Source: Candidatus Sulfotelmatobacter sp. (GTDB lineage Bacteria; Acidobacteriota; Terriglobia; Terriglobales; Acidobacteriaceae). From it: a stretch of DNA of 57,282 bases. The stretch lies in assembly GCA_050011375.1 (NCBI GenBank), contig JBEKJF010000002.1, positions 1 through 57,282 of the forward strand, written 5' to 3'. The notes under the pieces are model-generated. The model made no database searches. It had not been told where the DNA came from and saw nothing but the letters and a program-made list of their open reading frames with translations. The translations under genes were made by a program, and so were the position numbers. Positions 34,015 through 43,618 of the stretch are shown piece after piece. Each line of letters begins with the position of its first letter. Positions within the stretch are counted from its first letter, which is position 1.

Positions 34015-36111
34015 ATGCCGCGCCGCGCCCACCCACTTCGCGTAGCCATCGACACTGGCGGCACCTTTACAGATTGTGTCTGGATCGACCGTGGCCGCCT
34101 GCGCATGTTGAAGGTTTTCTCCACTCCAGCCGATCCCTCGCAAGCCATCGTCGAAGCTCTCCGCAAGATCGATCACAAAGGCGAGTTAGTGATCTTGCAT
34201 GGCACTACTGTCGGCACGAACACTCTTCTCGAGCGCAAAGGCGCGCGCACCGCTCTGGTGACCACCGCCGGTTTCGAAGACGCCATCGAGATCGGACGCC
34301 AAGCCCGTCTCAAGCTCTATGATTTTTTCTTCGATCGCGTGGAACCTCTCGTGCCGGCGGATCTCCGCTTCGGCATCGGAGAGCGTACATCTGGCGATGG
34401 TGAAATCCTGACGTCGCCGTCGGCGGCGGACCTGAAATCGCTCGTCTCCGAAGTGACAGCGAAACAGCCCGAGTCGATCGCCATCTCGCTACTATTCTCG
34501 TTTGCAAATCCGAAGAACGAGCAAGCCATCGCAAAGGCGCTCAGGCTGACGGGAGCTCCGCTCTCCATCTCTCACAGGATCCTCCCGGAATTCCGTGAAT
34601 ACGAGCGCGCGTCAACGGTAGTGATCAATGCCTACCTGCAACCCGTCATGCAGCGCTATCTGGAAAATCTTAAAACTCGCGCACGACATTTAGTGGAAGA
34701 GCGGCGCTTCAGCGCCGCGAAAATGTCTCCCAAGAAGCGAGCTTCAGCCCCTGCGCCGCGAATCTTCGTGATGCAATCGAGCGGAGGGATTGCTGCGCTG
34801 GTCGCTGCCGCAAGCGAGCCCGTTCGCACTGTGCTCTCAGGCCCCGCCGGAGGCGTAGTTGGAGCCGCCGGCAGCGCCCGCGCGAGCGGTTTCGATCGCA
34901 TCATCGCCTTCGACATGGGAGGAACCTCCACCGACGTTTCGCTAGTCGAAGGCGCAATCACCACGGCGAGCCACGCCGAAGTGGCTGGGCTTCCCGTTGG
35001 CGTCCCGATGCTCGACATCCACACCGTCGGCGCCGGTGGAGGTTCTCTTGCACGCTTCGACGCCGGGGGCGCACTCCGCGTCGGACCCGAATCCGCGGGA
35101 GCCGATCCCGGCCCTATCTGCTATGGCCGCGGCGTGCAGCCCACGGTTACCGACGCCAATCTTCTGCTTGGCCGCCTGCAGCCCACCCGCTTTCTTGGCG
35201 GTGATTTCACGCTCGATCTTGACCGCACTCGCCGCATCACGGGCGAATGGCTGAAGCGACAGGGAAGCTCACTGACTCTCGAGAAATTCGCTGCCGGCGT
35301 TGTTAGAGTTGTGAATGCCACCATGGAGAAGGCCATCCGCGTGGTCTCGATTGAGCGCGGCCGCGATCCCCGCGACTTCGCCCTGGTAGCGTTCGGCGGC
35401 GCCGGAGGCCTGCACGCCTGCGCCTTGGCCGAAGCGCTCAGCATTCCGCGCGTGATTTTGCCTGCGCTGCCCGGCGCGCTTTCTGCACTTGGCATTTTAC
35501 TCAGCGACGTAATCAAGAATTACTCGCGCACGGTCTTGTGGCGAGTCTCCAGCGAACTTCCTGTTCCGCGATTGGATCGCGAATTCTCTTCGCTGCAGAA
35601 ACAGGCCGCGAAAGATTTTCGGGAAGAAGCGTGGCAAGGAAAAATACACCTTCAACGTAGCGTCGACCTCAGCTATCGTGGCCAAGGATACGAACTGAAC
35701 TTGCCGTTCACCAGCAATCTCTTGAAGGAATTCGAACGCGAACATCAGCGCCGCTACGGCTACACTTACTCCGGTCGAGAAGTAGAGCTGGTAACCCTCC
35801 GCCTTCGCGCGTCGGTAAAATCAGCACCAGCTCACGCCGGGAAGATGGACCATGGGAAGATGGACGATGTGAGGATGGGCACTCTAGCCCGTCCAGACCG
35901 AGCAACGCTCGGCTCGCCTTCCGTGCCCAAAGCCAAGGTCTTGTTCGATGGCAAAAAACTCGCAACGGAAATCCACGCTCGAGAGACGCTGAAGCCCGGA
36001 AAGACGTACTCCGGCCCTGCCATCATCACAGAATACAGCGCCACCACGGTGATCCCGCCTGGGAAGCGATACCGCATTGACGATAAGGGGAATCTCTTAA
36101 TCGCCATCTAA
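34015..36111 (+). CDS. Hydantoinase/oxoprolinase family protein (HyuA-type)
   Basis: Contains VAIDTGGTFTDCV and MQSSGG motifs. 698 aa. It carries two repeat-derived inserts (see findings). Confidence 0.9.
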   Translation: MPRRAHPLRVAIDTGGTFTDCVWIDRGRLRMLKVFSTPADPSQAIVEALRKIDHKGELVILHGTTVGTNTLLERKGARTALVTTAGFEDAIEIGRQARLKLYDFFFDRVEPLVPADLRFGIGERTSGDGEILTSPSAADLKSLVSEVTAKQPESIAISLLFSFANPKNEQAIAKALRLTGAPLSISHRILPEFREYERASTVVINAYLQPVMQRYLENLKTRARHLVEERRFSAAKMSPKKRASAPAPRIFVMQSSGGIAALVAAASEPVRTVLSGPAGGVVGAAGSARASGFDRIIAFDMGGTSTDVSLVEGAITTASHAEVAGLPVGVPMLDIHTVGAGGGSLARFDAGGALRVGPESAGADPGPICYGRGVQPTVTDANLLLGRLQPTRFLGGDFTLDLDRTRRITGEWLKRQGSSLTLEKFAAGVVRVVNATMEKAIRVVSIERGRDPRDFALVAFGGAGGLHACALAEALSIPRVILPALPGALSALGILLSDVIKNYSRTVLWRVSSELPVPRLDREFSSLQKQAAKDFREEAWQGKIHLQRSVDLSYRGQGYELNLPFTSNLLKEFEREHQRRYGYTYSGREVELVTLRLRASVKSAPAHAGKMDHGKMDDVRMGTLARPDRATLGSPSVPKAKVLFDGKKLATEIHARETLKPGKTYSGPAIITEYSATTVIPPGKRYRIDDKGNLLIAI
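34697..34751. repeat. Copy of a ~55-nt hairpin-containing element lying in frame inside the hydantoinase CDS
   Basis: aagagcggcgcttcagcgccgcg...gcttcagcccc. Compare the intergenic copy at 56092-56147, aagagcggcgcttcggcgccgcg...gcttcagcccc. Confidence 0.75.
35839..35880. repeat. 15-nt tandem repeat (2.8 units) inside the hydantoinase CDS
   Basis: gggaagatggaccat gggaagatggacgat gtgaggatgggc, translated GKMDHGKMDDVRMG. Confidence 0.85.
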
Positions 36112-36413
36112 GGACAAAGAACATTCCAGTAGACTTTCAAGTCCCCCGTGGAAGAGAAAAACCCACCCAAACATTCTTTGAGAGAAATGTTTAAAACATG
36201 TTCACTTCCCGCTGCTTTTCGATTGCAACTCTCTGAGTCCGTTAGGCCTCTAACAATTAGCAGGTGAATGGCCGTTAAAGGAGGCTTCGATGCGTGCACT
36301 TAGGAATACTCTGCAGAGACCCCTACCGGTACCTGTATGCCAATGTGAATGCCGCGCTTGCGATATCGGGATTCACTGCTCGAAACACCCCTGCGAATAC
36401 CGTTCTCAACGGA

Positions 36414-36605
36414 TTACTCCGAACGTACACGCGCGCCGTCCCGTTGCTTCCGCCTCAATTCCTTTTCGACCCACTCCACAAAAAACGACTGAAACTCTTC
36501 CTGCGTATACACTCCCTTTCGAATCAGCAGAATGTTTATCGCGTAAACGGTAGCCTTGAATCCTTCGTCTCTTGACGCGGCGGCGAGCGCTTCTTCAAAC
36601 GACAT
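36414..36605 (-). CDS. Hypothetical small protein, 63 aa
   Basis: MSFEEALAAASRDEGFKATVYAINILLIRKG... Its codon third positions are more GC-rich than the overlapping plus-strand ORF, and AAGGGA lies ~12 nt upstream. Confidence 0.35.
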   Translation of the reverse strand: MSFEEALAAASRDEGFKATVYAINILLIRKGVYTQEEFQSFFVEWVEKELRRKQRDGARVRSE

Positions 36606-36828
36606 CTGAGTGTTTGTCCCTTGGAATTGTCCGAATTAGACCGAACTCCATCAAAACATCCTCGCCGCCGGCAGTCAACGACAAATCCCCTCCGCCAGGC
36701 CGCAACAGGCCCGACCCATCAGTCTGCCGCCGTCTCGATTGTTACAATCCAATGAAAATCGTTGTGCTCGCCCCACTCTCGCCACTCGGTGCTAGGTACT
36801 CGCAACTAGCTTCGTTACAATAAAACCC

Positions 36829-37521
36829 GTGAAACCAAGCATCTTCGTCGTCGAAGACGATCCCGATATTTCCCGCCTCGTTCGCCACCACTTGGAAAAC
36901 GATGGCTTTGCCGTGCGCATCTATTCCAACGGCTCGACTGTAATCGCCGACGCCGAACGCCAGCGGCCGGCGCTTTTCGTACTCGATATTATGGTCCCCG
37001 GCAAAGACGGACTCGAACTTTGTCGCACCGTGCGCCAGACTCCCGGCCTCGCATCCGTGCCCGTGATTTTTCTTACCGCTAAGAGCAGCGAAGCCGACCG
37101 CGTCCTCGGCCTCGAGATTGGTGCCGATGACTACATCGCCAAACCTTTCAGCCCGCGTGAACTCGTCGCCCGCGTTAAAGCCGTTCTCCGCCGCTTTGAG
37201 CGCCCGCTTCCGCCCAGCCCGCTCAAAGTTGGAGATATCGCCATCGACCCCGCCGCCATGGTCCTGACCGTTCGCGGGCAAACCGTTCCCACGACTGCCA
37301 CGGAATTCCGTCTGCTCGATTATTTCGCTCGCCATCTTGGCCGTGTATTTTCTCGCGACCATCTGCTGGATTCCGTTTGGCGCGACACTTCCTACGTGAC
37401 TCCGCGCTCGGTCGATGTCTACGTCCGCCGCATCCGCGAGAAGATCGAACCGGACCCGGAAAATCCGCGCTATCTCAAGACCGTGCGTGGTGCGGGCTAC
37501 CGTTTCGAGGCTCCAAAGTGA
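36829..37521 (+). CDS. OmpR/PhoB-family response regulator
   Basis: The receiver (FVVEDDPDI...FVLDIMVPGKDG) is followed by a winged-helix output (LTATEFRLLDYF...VDVYVRRIREKIE). GTG start. Confidence 0.93.
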   Translation: MKPSIFVVEDDPDISRLVRHHLENDGFAVRIYSNGSTVIADAERQRPALFVLDIMVPGKDGLELCRTVRQTPGLASVPVIFLTAKSSEADRVLGLEIGADDYIAKPFSPRELVARVKAVLRRFERPLPPSPLKVGDIAIDPAAMVLTVRGQTVPTTATEFRLLDYFARHLGRVFSRDHLLDSVWRDTSYVTPRSVDVYVRRIREKIEPDPENPRYLKTVRGAGYRFEAPK

Positions 37522-37540
37522 GCCCCGAGAGAGAAAAGAA

Positions 37541-39307
37541 TTGAGGAACGGAATTTTTCTCAAGCTGATGGCGGCGTTCCTGTTCGTCATTCTTGCGGCT
37601 GCGGTAACTTTCGACCTTATGCTGGGAGGGGCGTGGCAAGCTTCGCTGCGCGCCGAAATCGAGCGCAACCTAATCCAAAAGACCGAGCTTCTGGCTCACC
37701 GCGTGGAAAGCGATCGCAGCCATTCCCTCGCTGATATCGCAGCTCAAGAAGGACAAGCCGCCGGCGCTCGTGTCACTATCATCGATCCCAAGGGCCAAGT
37801 TCTCGCCGATTCGGAAGCGAATCCCGGCGGGATGGAGAATCACTCGGCCCGTCCCGAATTCGTCGCTGCTCTTTCCGGCACAATGGGTCGTGATGAGCGC
37901 CGCAGCGCGACCATCGGCGTTCCGTTTCTCTATGTGGCCGTTCCCATCTCCGGTGGCGCTGTCCGTCTGGCCTACCCGCTTTCCGACGTTGAAGCGGTTT
38001 CCGCGCTGGTTCACCGCAGGCTGGCGCAGGCTTCCGGCTTGGCCTTTCTTTTCGCTCTTCTTGTAGCCGGCATCGCAGCGAATTGGACGGCTCGCCGCCT
38101 CGAACGCATCGTTGGTGTCGCCGCCCGTATCGCCGAAGGCGATCTGCAGGCCCGCATTCGCGAAGCTTCGCAGGATGAAATCGGCCGCGTTGCCGCCGCC
38201 ATCGATGGCACAGCCCGCCGCGTCGAAGAAAGTTTTGTCGCCGTCCGTTCCAGCCAGCGCCAGCTCGAGACCCTGCTCAACAGCATGCAGGACGCCGTTA
38301 TCGCCGTCGGCGCCGATGGCTTGGTGCAGTGGGCCAACCAGCCCATGGATCGCCTGGTTCCGCAGGGCACGCGCTTGCACCAACCCGTGGTCGAAACCAT
38401 TCGCGACCCTGATTTCCTCGGGACCGTGAACGAAGCGATTTCTACGCGTGAAGTCAAAACTGCTCGCGCCACTTCCATCGTTCCCGGCCGCGCCTTCGAC
38501 GTTACCGCTGCGCCTCTGCCTGAAGGCGGCGCTGTTGCCGTGCTGCGCGATCTTACCGAAACCGAGCGCGTGGAAAAAACCCGCCGCGACTTCATCGCGA
38601 ATGTTTCCCACGAACTGCGCACGCCGCTCACTTCGATTCAAGGTTACGCCGAGACTTTGCTCGACAGCACTTCCGAAAATACAGCGCCCACACGCGAGTT
38701 CCTGGAGATCATCCGCAAGAACTCCTCTCGCATGTCGCGGCTCACCGAAGATCTGCTTACCCTAGCGCGCGTCGAATCCGGCGAAACCCGTTTCGATTCT
38801 GAGCCGGTTCCGCCCGCCGAACTGCTTCACGACGCCGAAGAAAGTTTCCGCGAAATCGCGCGCACTCATGGAATTGATCTGCAAATCCAGGATTCTCCGG
38901 CGCACCATTTGCAGAGTTCAAATTTTCCCGGCCCCAACCCACTTCCCGAAAATCTGCCTTCCGTTCTTGCCGACCGCGAAGCCATCCATCAGGTTTTTTC
39001 CAACCTGATTGACAACGCTCTCAAGTATGGCGCTTCCGGCGGACGCATCGTGCTCGGCGCCCGTGCCGTGCCCCATGCTGTGGAATTTTTCGTTCAGGAT
39101 TTCGGCGGAGGCATCGCCTCTGAACATCTACCGCGCCTGTTCGAGCGCTTCTATCGCGTCGATAAAGCCCGTTCCCGTGAATCGGGAGGCACTGGCCTGG
39201 GCCTGGCCATCGCCAAGCACATCATGCTGGCTCACGGCGGCTCCATCCGCGCCGAAAGCGATCTTGCTCACGGCAGCACGTTCTTGTTTACTCTTCCCAC
39301 GGCGTAG
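37541..39307 (+). CDS. Sensor histidine kinase, PhoR-like (TM-HAMP-PAS-HisKA-HATPase)
   Basis: Has the H-box FIANVSHELRTPLTSIQGYAETL and the G-boxes GGTGLGLAIAKHIM. The start is uncertain (TTG 37541 or ATG 37568). Confidence 0.9.
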   Translation: MRNGIFLKLMAAFLFVILAAAVTFDLMLGGAWQASLRAEIERNLIQKTELLAHRVESDRSHSLADIAAQEGQAAGARVTIIDPKGQVLADSEANPGGMENHSARPEFVAALSGTMGRDERRSATIGVPFLYVAVPISGGAVRLAYPLSDVEAVSALVHRRLAQASGLAFLFALLVAGIAANWTARRLERIVGVAARIAEGDLQARIREASQDEIGRVAAAIDGTARRVEESFVAVRSSQRQLETLLNSMQDAVIAVGADGLVQWANQPMDRLVPQGTRLHQPVVETIRDPDFLGTVNEAISTREVKTARATSIVPGRAFDVTAAPLPEGGAVAVLRDLTETERVEKTRRDFIANVSHELRTPLTSIQGYAETLLDSTSENTAPTREFLEIIRKNSSRMSRLTEDLLTLARVESGETRFDSEPVPPAELLHDAEESFREIARTHGIDLQIQDSPAHHLQSSNFPGPNPLPENLPSVLADREAIHQVFSNLIDNALKYGASGGRIVLGARAVPHAVEFFVQDFGGGIASEHLPRLFERFYRVDKARSRESGGTGLGLAIAKHIMLAHGGSIRAESDLAHGSTFLFTLPTA

Positions 39308-39332
39308 TTGTCTCCGACGCGACCAACCCAAC

Positions 39333-40358
39333 CTACGCGCCCGGATGAATCCATCGCACCAGCCAGAAAGCAACCGCCGCAACCCCCGCCGACGCCGGAA
39401 TGGTCACCAACCACGCCCACACGATGCGTCGTGCCACCCCCCAGCGCACAGCCGATAGCCGCTGCGTCGCTCCCACACCAACGATTGCTCCCGTAATCGT
39501 GTGCGTGGTGCTGACCGGAATCCCGGCAAGAGCAGTAGCGAAGAGAGTGATCGCACCCGCCGATTCCGCGCAGAATCCTCCTACCGGCTTCAGCTTGGTG
39601 ATCCGCGAGCCCATTGTGTGAACAATTCTCCAGCCTCCAAAATAAGTTCCCAGCGCGATGGCAGTGTGCGCGGCCAGAATGATAGGCCAGTGAAATTTTC
39701 CCCAGTTGCCCGCAACTTCCGCCGAAGTCAAAAAATGAGCGCCATAAAGAGCGCTGGCTACAATGCCCATTGTCTTCTGTGCATCATTGCCTCCGTGGCC
39801 CAGGCTGTAGGCGGCTGCCGAGAGAAGTTGCAACTTGCGAAACCAGGCATCAATCCGTTGCGGAGGTTTATTGCGCAAAAGCCAATAGATGGCGACCATG
39901 AACGAAAAACCCAGAATCAACCCCATGATCGGCGCCACCACAATGAAAATCAGAGTCTTGTACCAGCCCGCGGCAATGATGACGTGCCATCCCGAACGCA
40001 TCACCGCCGCACCCGCAAGGCCACCAATCAAAGCGTGCGACGAAGAAGTCGGCAGCGCCCACCACCAGGTCAAAATATCCCAAACAATAGCGCCGAACAA
40101 CCCTGTGATTACCACATACTGAGTCACATCCTCGATCCGGATCATCCCCACGCCGATGGTCTTGGCAACCGCGGTTCCAAGGAGAAAAGCCGCTACGAAA
40201 TTGAAGAACGCCGCCCATGCCACTGCCAGTTTTGGGGACAAGACCCGGGTTGACACCACAGTCGCGATGCTGTTGGCGGCGTCGTGAAATCCATTCAGGA
40301 AATCGAAAGTCAGGGCGACGAGGACGGTGATGATGAGCAGCAGCAGGTCAGGCTTCAC
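39333..40358 (-). CDS. pit: Inorganic phosphate transporter, PiT family
   Basis: The motif FDFLNGFHDAANSIATVVSTR appears, and is repeated as GGNDAQKTMG in the second half. The protein is polytopic. Confidence 0.92.
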   Translation of the reverse strand: MKPDLLLLIITVLVALTFDFLNGFHDAANSIATVVSTRVLSPKLAVAWAAFFNFVAAFLLGTAVAKTIGVGMIRIEDVTQYVVITGLFGAIVWDILTWWWALPTSSSHALIGGLAGAAVMRSGWHVIIAAGWYKTLIFIVVAPIMGLILGFSFMVAIYWLLRNKPPQRIDAWFRKLQLLSAAAYSLGHGGNDAQKTMGIVASALYGAHFLTSAEVAGNWGKFHWPIILAAHTAIALGTYFGGWRIVHTMGSRITKLKPVGGFCAESAGAITLFATALAGIPVSTTHTITGAIVGVGATQRLSAVRWGVARRIVWAWLVTIPASAGVAAVAFWLVRWIHPGA

Positions 40359-40389
40359 CAGTTTTCCCGTTGGCTTAGATTATTTCAAC

Positions 40390-41004
40390 TCAGGTATTCT
40401 TCAAAACAACCGTTTCCAGCACGTTCGCGACGTCTTCCGCTTTGTCGGTCGCCCGCTCCAGGAATTCCAGCAGTTCTTTGACTTTGATTAAGTTGATCGG
40501 GTCTTTCTCATATTCAAAGAGCTTGGCAATGGCCTGCTGTGAGACCAGATCCGCTTCGTTCTCCAGGCGGTTGATCTCCACGCAATGGGCCAGAATATTC
40601 CCGTTCTTCTGCATCAGAGAAACAGCCGCCTGCAACTCCCGGCACTGCATCAGGATGATCTTCGCTATTTCTCCGGCGGCCGGCGGTGGATCCGTGATCC
40701 GGTACATCACCAACCTGGCCCCGGAGGCATTGATGAAGTCCAAAACATCATCCAACTTCGAGGCCAATTGGTGAATGTCTTCGCGGTCGAAGGGCGTGAT
40801 GAATGTCTGGTTTAGTTTAGTGAGGATGGAATGCGTGAGTTCATCCCCTTGGCGCTCAATGCGGCGAATTTCGTCTATCTTTCTGTCTACATCGCGGTAG
40901 TCCGCAAACAGATCGACAAGCGTTCGCGCTCCCGCGATGAGGTTGTCAGACATCGCTGAGAACATCTTGAAAAAGCTTGTATCCTTCGGAATGAGCTGCA
41001 TCAT
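40390..41004 (-). CDS. DUF47 / PhoU-like phosphate transport regulator partnered with Pit
   Basis: From ATG 41004, MMQLIPKDTSFFKMF...RIERQGDELTH...ENEADL...DKAEDVANV, the typical Pit-associated family. The track ORF extends to 41058. Confidence 0.85.
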   Translation of the reverse strand: MMQLIPKDTSFFKMFSAMSDNLIAGARTLVDLFADYRDVDRKIDEIRRIERQGDELTHSILTKLNQTFITPFDREDIHQLASKLDDVLDFINASGARLVMYRITDPPPAAGEIAKIILMQCRELQAAVSLMQKNGNILAHCVEINRLENEADLVSQQAIAKLFEYEKDPINLIKVKELLEFLERATDKAEDVANVLETVVLKNT

Positions 41005-41467
41005 TTGGGGGAAGCGACAAACTCCAAGCGGGTTAGGTTTTAAGACCGGTTGCGGCACTCAAGGCCAGTCACTATCTCACGCCGCGCCGAACCCAGTCAA
41101 ACCAGGTAAGCCTGTATGACTTATGGCAATTTTTCCGGCAGAGATCTTCTGGAACGGCAGGGCCGCTCCGCTAGTTGGCTGTGCGGCGGGAGTCTTCGAT
41201 GCGCGAGCGTCTCGGCAGAACAACCCAAATGGCGAGGAGTATGGCAAATACTGCGCACGCCCCAACCGCGATCCGCTGTAGGAAATCGAGCAAAACCGAA
41301 ACCACATCCATTTCGGTATTGTGCGATTCACCGGGCGGAAGCGCGAGGTAACGACAAGCCATGTCCTGCCGTGCCCGAGCCTGCGGCGAGTTTTAAGACA
41401 TCACTCTCCCGCCGGACATAACTTCAGTGTTAACATCACTCAAAGGATTCCCCCGCCCGGTGACGTT

Positions 41468-41701
41468 ATGAAACGAATCTCGATGTTCTTGCTTCTGGTC
41501 GTTTTGAGTGTTGCGTGGTCGATGCCGGCCAGCGCTCAGCGTGAAAACAGAAGCATCGGTGAAAACAGCCGCGAAGCCAAAAAGGCGGCTAAGCAACAGC
41601 AAAAGTACTCAAAGAAGCAGGCCAAGAGGCAGCGCAAGGCGGCGAAGAAATATCAGAAGGCGCAACGCAAGGCGGCCAAGCGGCAAAAACATCGAAAGTA
41701 A
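41468..41701 (+). CDS. Small secreted, extremely basic K/R/Q-rich protein, 77 aa
   Basis: The signal peptide MKRISMFLLLVVLSVAWSMPASA is followed by KKAAKQQQKYSKKQAKRQRKAAKKYQKAQRKAAKRQKHRK. Confidence 0.6.
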   Translation: MKRISMFLLLVVLSVAWSMPASAQRENRSIGENSREAKKAAKQQQKYSKKQAKRQRKAAKKYQKAQRKAAKRQKHRK

Positions 41702-41704
41702 ATG

Positions 41705-41760
41705 GTAGCGCCGGCGTCTCGCCGCCTATCGTCGAGAACCCGCCCTGAGCTTGCCGAAGG
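41705..41760. repeat. Half REP-like unit plus a 27-nt repeat
   Basis: gtagcgccggcgtctcgccgcc (compare 3702-3746) is followed by gagaacccgccctgagcttgccgaagg, the inverted copy of 33140-33166. Confidence 0.8.
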
Positions 41761-41944
41761 GGCATCCGGCCATCGCTGCCTGCGCCACCCGGCCAGGCCA
41801 AGAAATAACCAAAAATTCACCGCCCCTTAACCCATTCCGCGGGAAGAAAACCTATGCTTAATCGTTGACCATCCGGTTCTGGATACGTCAGAATCAGAGT
41901 CAACAGTTACGCGCACGTCCAATCCGCGCCACAGGGATGGCCCC

Positions 41945-42664
41945 ATGAGCACTGCCCGCGCAGCAAGCCTGCCCCCCGAACCGGTTCACCATCACATCGT
42001 CAGGCGCACCATCGAAGCCTGCCGTCTAGCCCAGGAGGCCGCAGGGGCCGCCGCTGAAGGCATTGCCACCGGCTCTGCTCCACTGCTGAACTCTCTGCGA
42101 CAGCGTGAGCGCGAACTCGACACGCTCGACATGGAAATCGACAGCGCCGTCACTACCGCCATCACCGAGGTTGAGCCCGCCGAGGCTCGCGAACTGCTGG
42201 CCTGCATGAAGTTTATGATCAGCCTCGAACGCATTGGCGACCTGCTTCTCAGCTTCGCCAACAGCGCCCAAGCTGCCGCCGGTCGCGTCGATTCCGACGA
42301 CACCCGCGACCTCACTCACATGGCAACGATTCTGGAAAAAATGTTGACTGACGTCGGCGATGCCTTCTCTGCCCGCGATGTCTCGAAAGCCGTTGACGTT
42401 CTTCGCGCCGATTCCGAGATCGACCGCCTGCGCAACCTGATTTTCCTCCGCCACATCGAGAATCCCGAAAACATTGCGCGGCAAGCCAGCCTGCAAGTCA
42501 TCTTCATGACTCAGTCACTCGAACGCGCCGGGGATCACGCCAAGAATCTCGCCGAAGAAGTCTGCCACGTAGTCAGCGGACGCACCGTTCGCCACGTCCT
42601 GATGGCCTACGACAAACCGGTAGAACAAATGTTCATCGACTATTTACGCCGCCGCGAGCGCTAG
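41945..42664 (+). CDS. phoU: PhoU family phosphate signalling protein
   Basis: Two PhoU repeats are present (E.D..VD...ISLERIGD and ...SLERAGDHAKNLAEEV). Confidence 0.85.
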   Translation: MSTARAASLPPEPVHHHIVRRTIEACRLAQEAAGAAAEGIATGSAPLLNSLRQRERELDTLDMEIDSAVTTAITEVEPAEARELLACMKFMISLERIGDLLLSFANSAQAAAGRVDSDDTRDLTHMATILEKMLTDVGDAFSARDVSKAVDVLRADSEIDRLRNLIFLRHIENPENIARQASLQVIFMTQSLERAGDHAKNLAEEVCHVVSGRTVRHVLMAYDKPVEQMFIDYLRRRER

Positions 42665-42705
42665 CTGAAATCTCAGTTCCTTCACTAGGTACTCGGTACC
42701 GGCCT

Positions 42706-43470
42706 CTACTTCGCCGGCACCCAGTAAATCTCTTCCTTGATTGCTACCTTGTCCAGAAAACCGCGCCGCTTGAGAATCGCCTTGCTATTCGCGATCATGT
42801 CGGGATGGCCGCAGAGATAAGCGTGAGTATTGCTGGCATCGAGCCCCCACGAGTCCGCATACTTGCGCAGGATGTCGTCGGCACGCCCAATCTCACCCGG
42901 CCAGTCGGCATGATCCCATGGCCGGCTCACGGTAGGAATATATTTCAGCCACGGCAATTCCTCAGCGAAGCGAGTTAGTTCGTCCTTGTAACCGAACTCC
43001 CAGGGACGGCTGGCGCCGTTGAGCAGATACAGTTTGTGAGCGCCGTCAAATCGCCCTTCCTTCCAGTCTTTCGACAGCGTGCGGATGAAGCTGACGAACG
43101 GGGCCACGCCCGTAACCGTAGACACCAGCAAATGATTCGTGCGTCCGTTTCCGGTTTCGAGTACGAACCTTCCCTTGGGCGCCTTGCGCATCAGTAATCT
43201 GTCGCCCGGCTGGAGTTTGTAAAGCCGGGGCGTGAGCGCTCCTTCGGGCACCAGTTCGAAAAAGAATTCGACTTCGCTTTCGCTGGGAGATGAAGCAATC
43301 GAATAAGGACGCTCGATGCGCTTGCCGCCGTCTTCGACCCCAAGCGTCGCATATTGCCCCGGAACAAAATTGAACGCTCCGCCAGCCTCGATGCGAAACA
43401 TCCAGAGATCGGGAGCGAAATCGACGCGTTTAGTGACCCGCGCCTGAAAAAACTTGTCGTCCACAACCAT
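42706..43470 (-). CDS. fpr: Ferredoxin-NADP+ reductase
   Basis: Contains FVPGQYATLG, the RPYSIASSP FAD motif and the GVAPF NADP motif. 254 aa. Confidence 0.88.
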   Translation of the reverse strand: MVVDDKFFQARVTKRVDFAPDLWMFRIEAGGAFNFVPGQYATLGVEDGGKRIERPYSIASSPSESEVEFFFELVPEGALTPRLYKLQPGDRLLMRKAPKGRFVLETGNGRTNHLLVSTVTGVAPFVSFIRTLSKDWKEGRFDGAHKLYLLNGASRPWEFGYKDELTRFAEELPWLKYIPTVSRPWDHADWPGEIGRADDILRKYADSWGLDASNTHAYLCGHPDMIANSKAILKRRGFLDKVAIKEEIYWVPAK

Positions 43471-43618
43471 AATTTCGAAATCTCCCGAGGGCCCAAGGCT
43501 TAAATTCGATGCAGAATCGAGCGGAAATATGGACTGTTAAAGTGGAGAAAATCATACATGCAAACGAAGTGGTTGACAACCGAACGGTCGTTCGAGATTC
43601 GCTGCTTAGAGTGGGTCG

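Noticed and set aside
36290-36553. An 87-aa Cys-rich ORF with a strong AAGGAGG SD 5 nt upstream of its ATG.
   Set aside because: By eye its third-position GC is low for this genome, its sequence looks non-protein-like after the first ~30 residues, and it overlaps a more coding-like minus-strand ORF (36414-36605). A short peptide from the first ~40 codons cannot be excluded.
36816-36831. A leaderless transcript for the response regulator (TACAAT 7 nt before the GTG start).
   Set aside because: No acceptable -35 lies at the right distance, and GTG is a poor leaderless start. The evidence is too weak to call.
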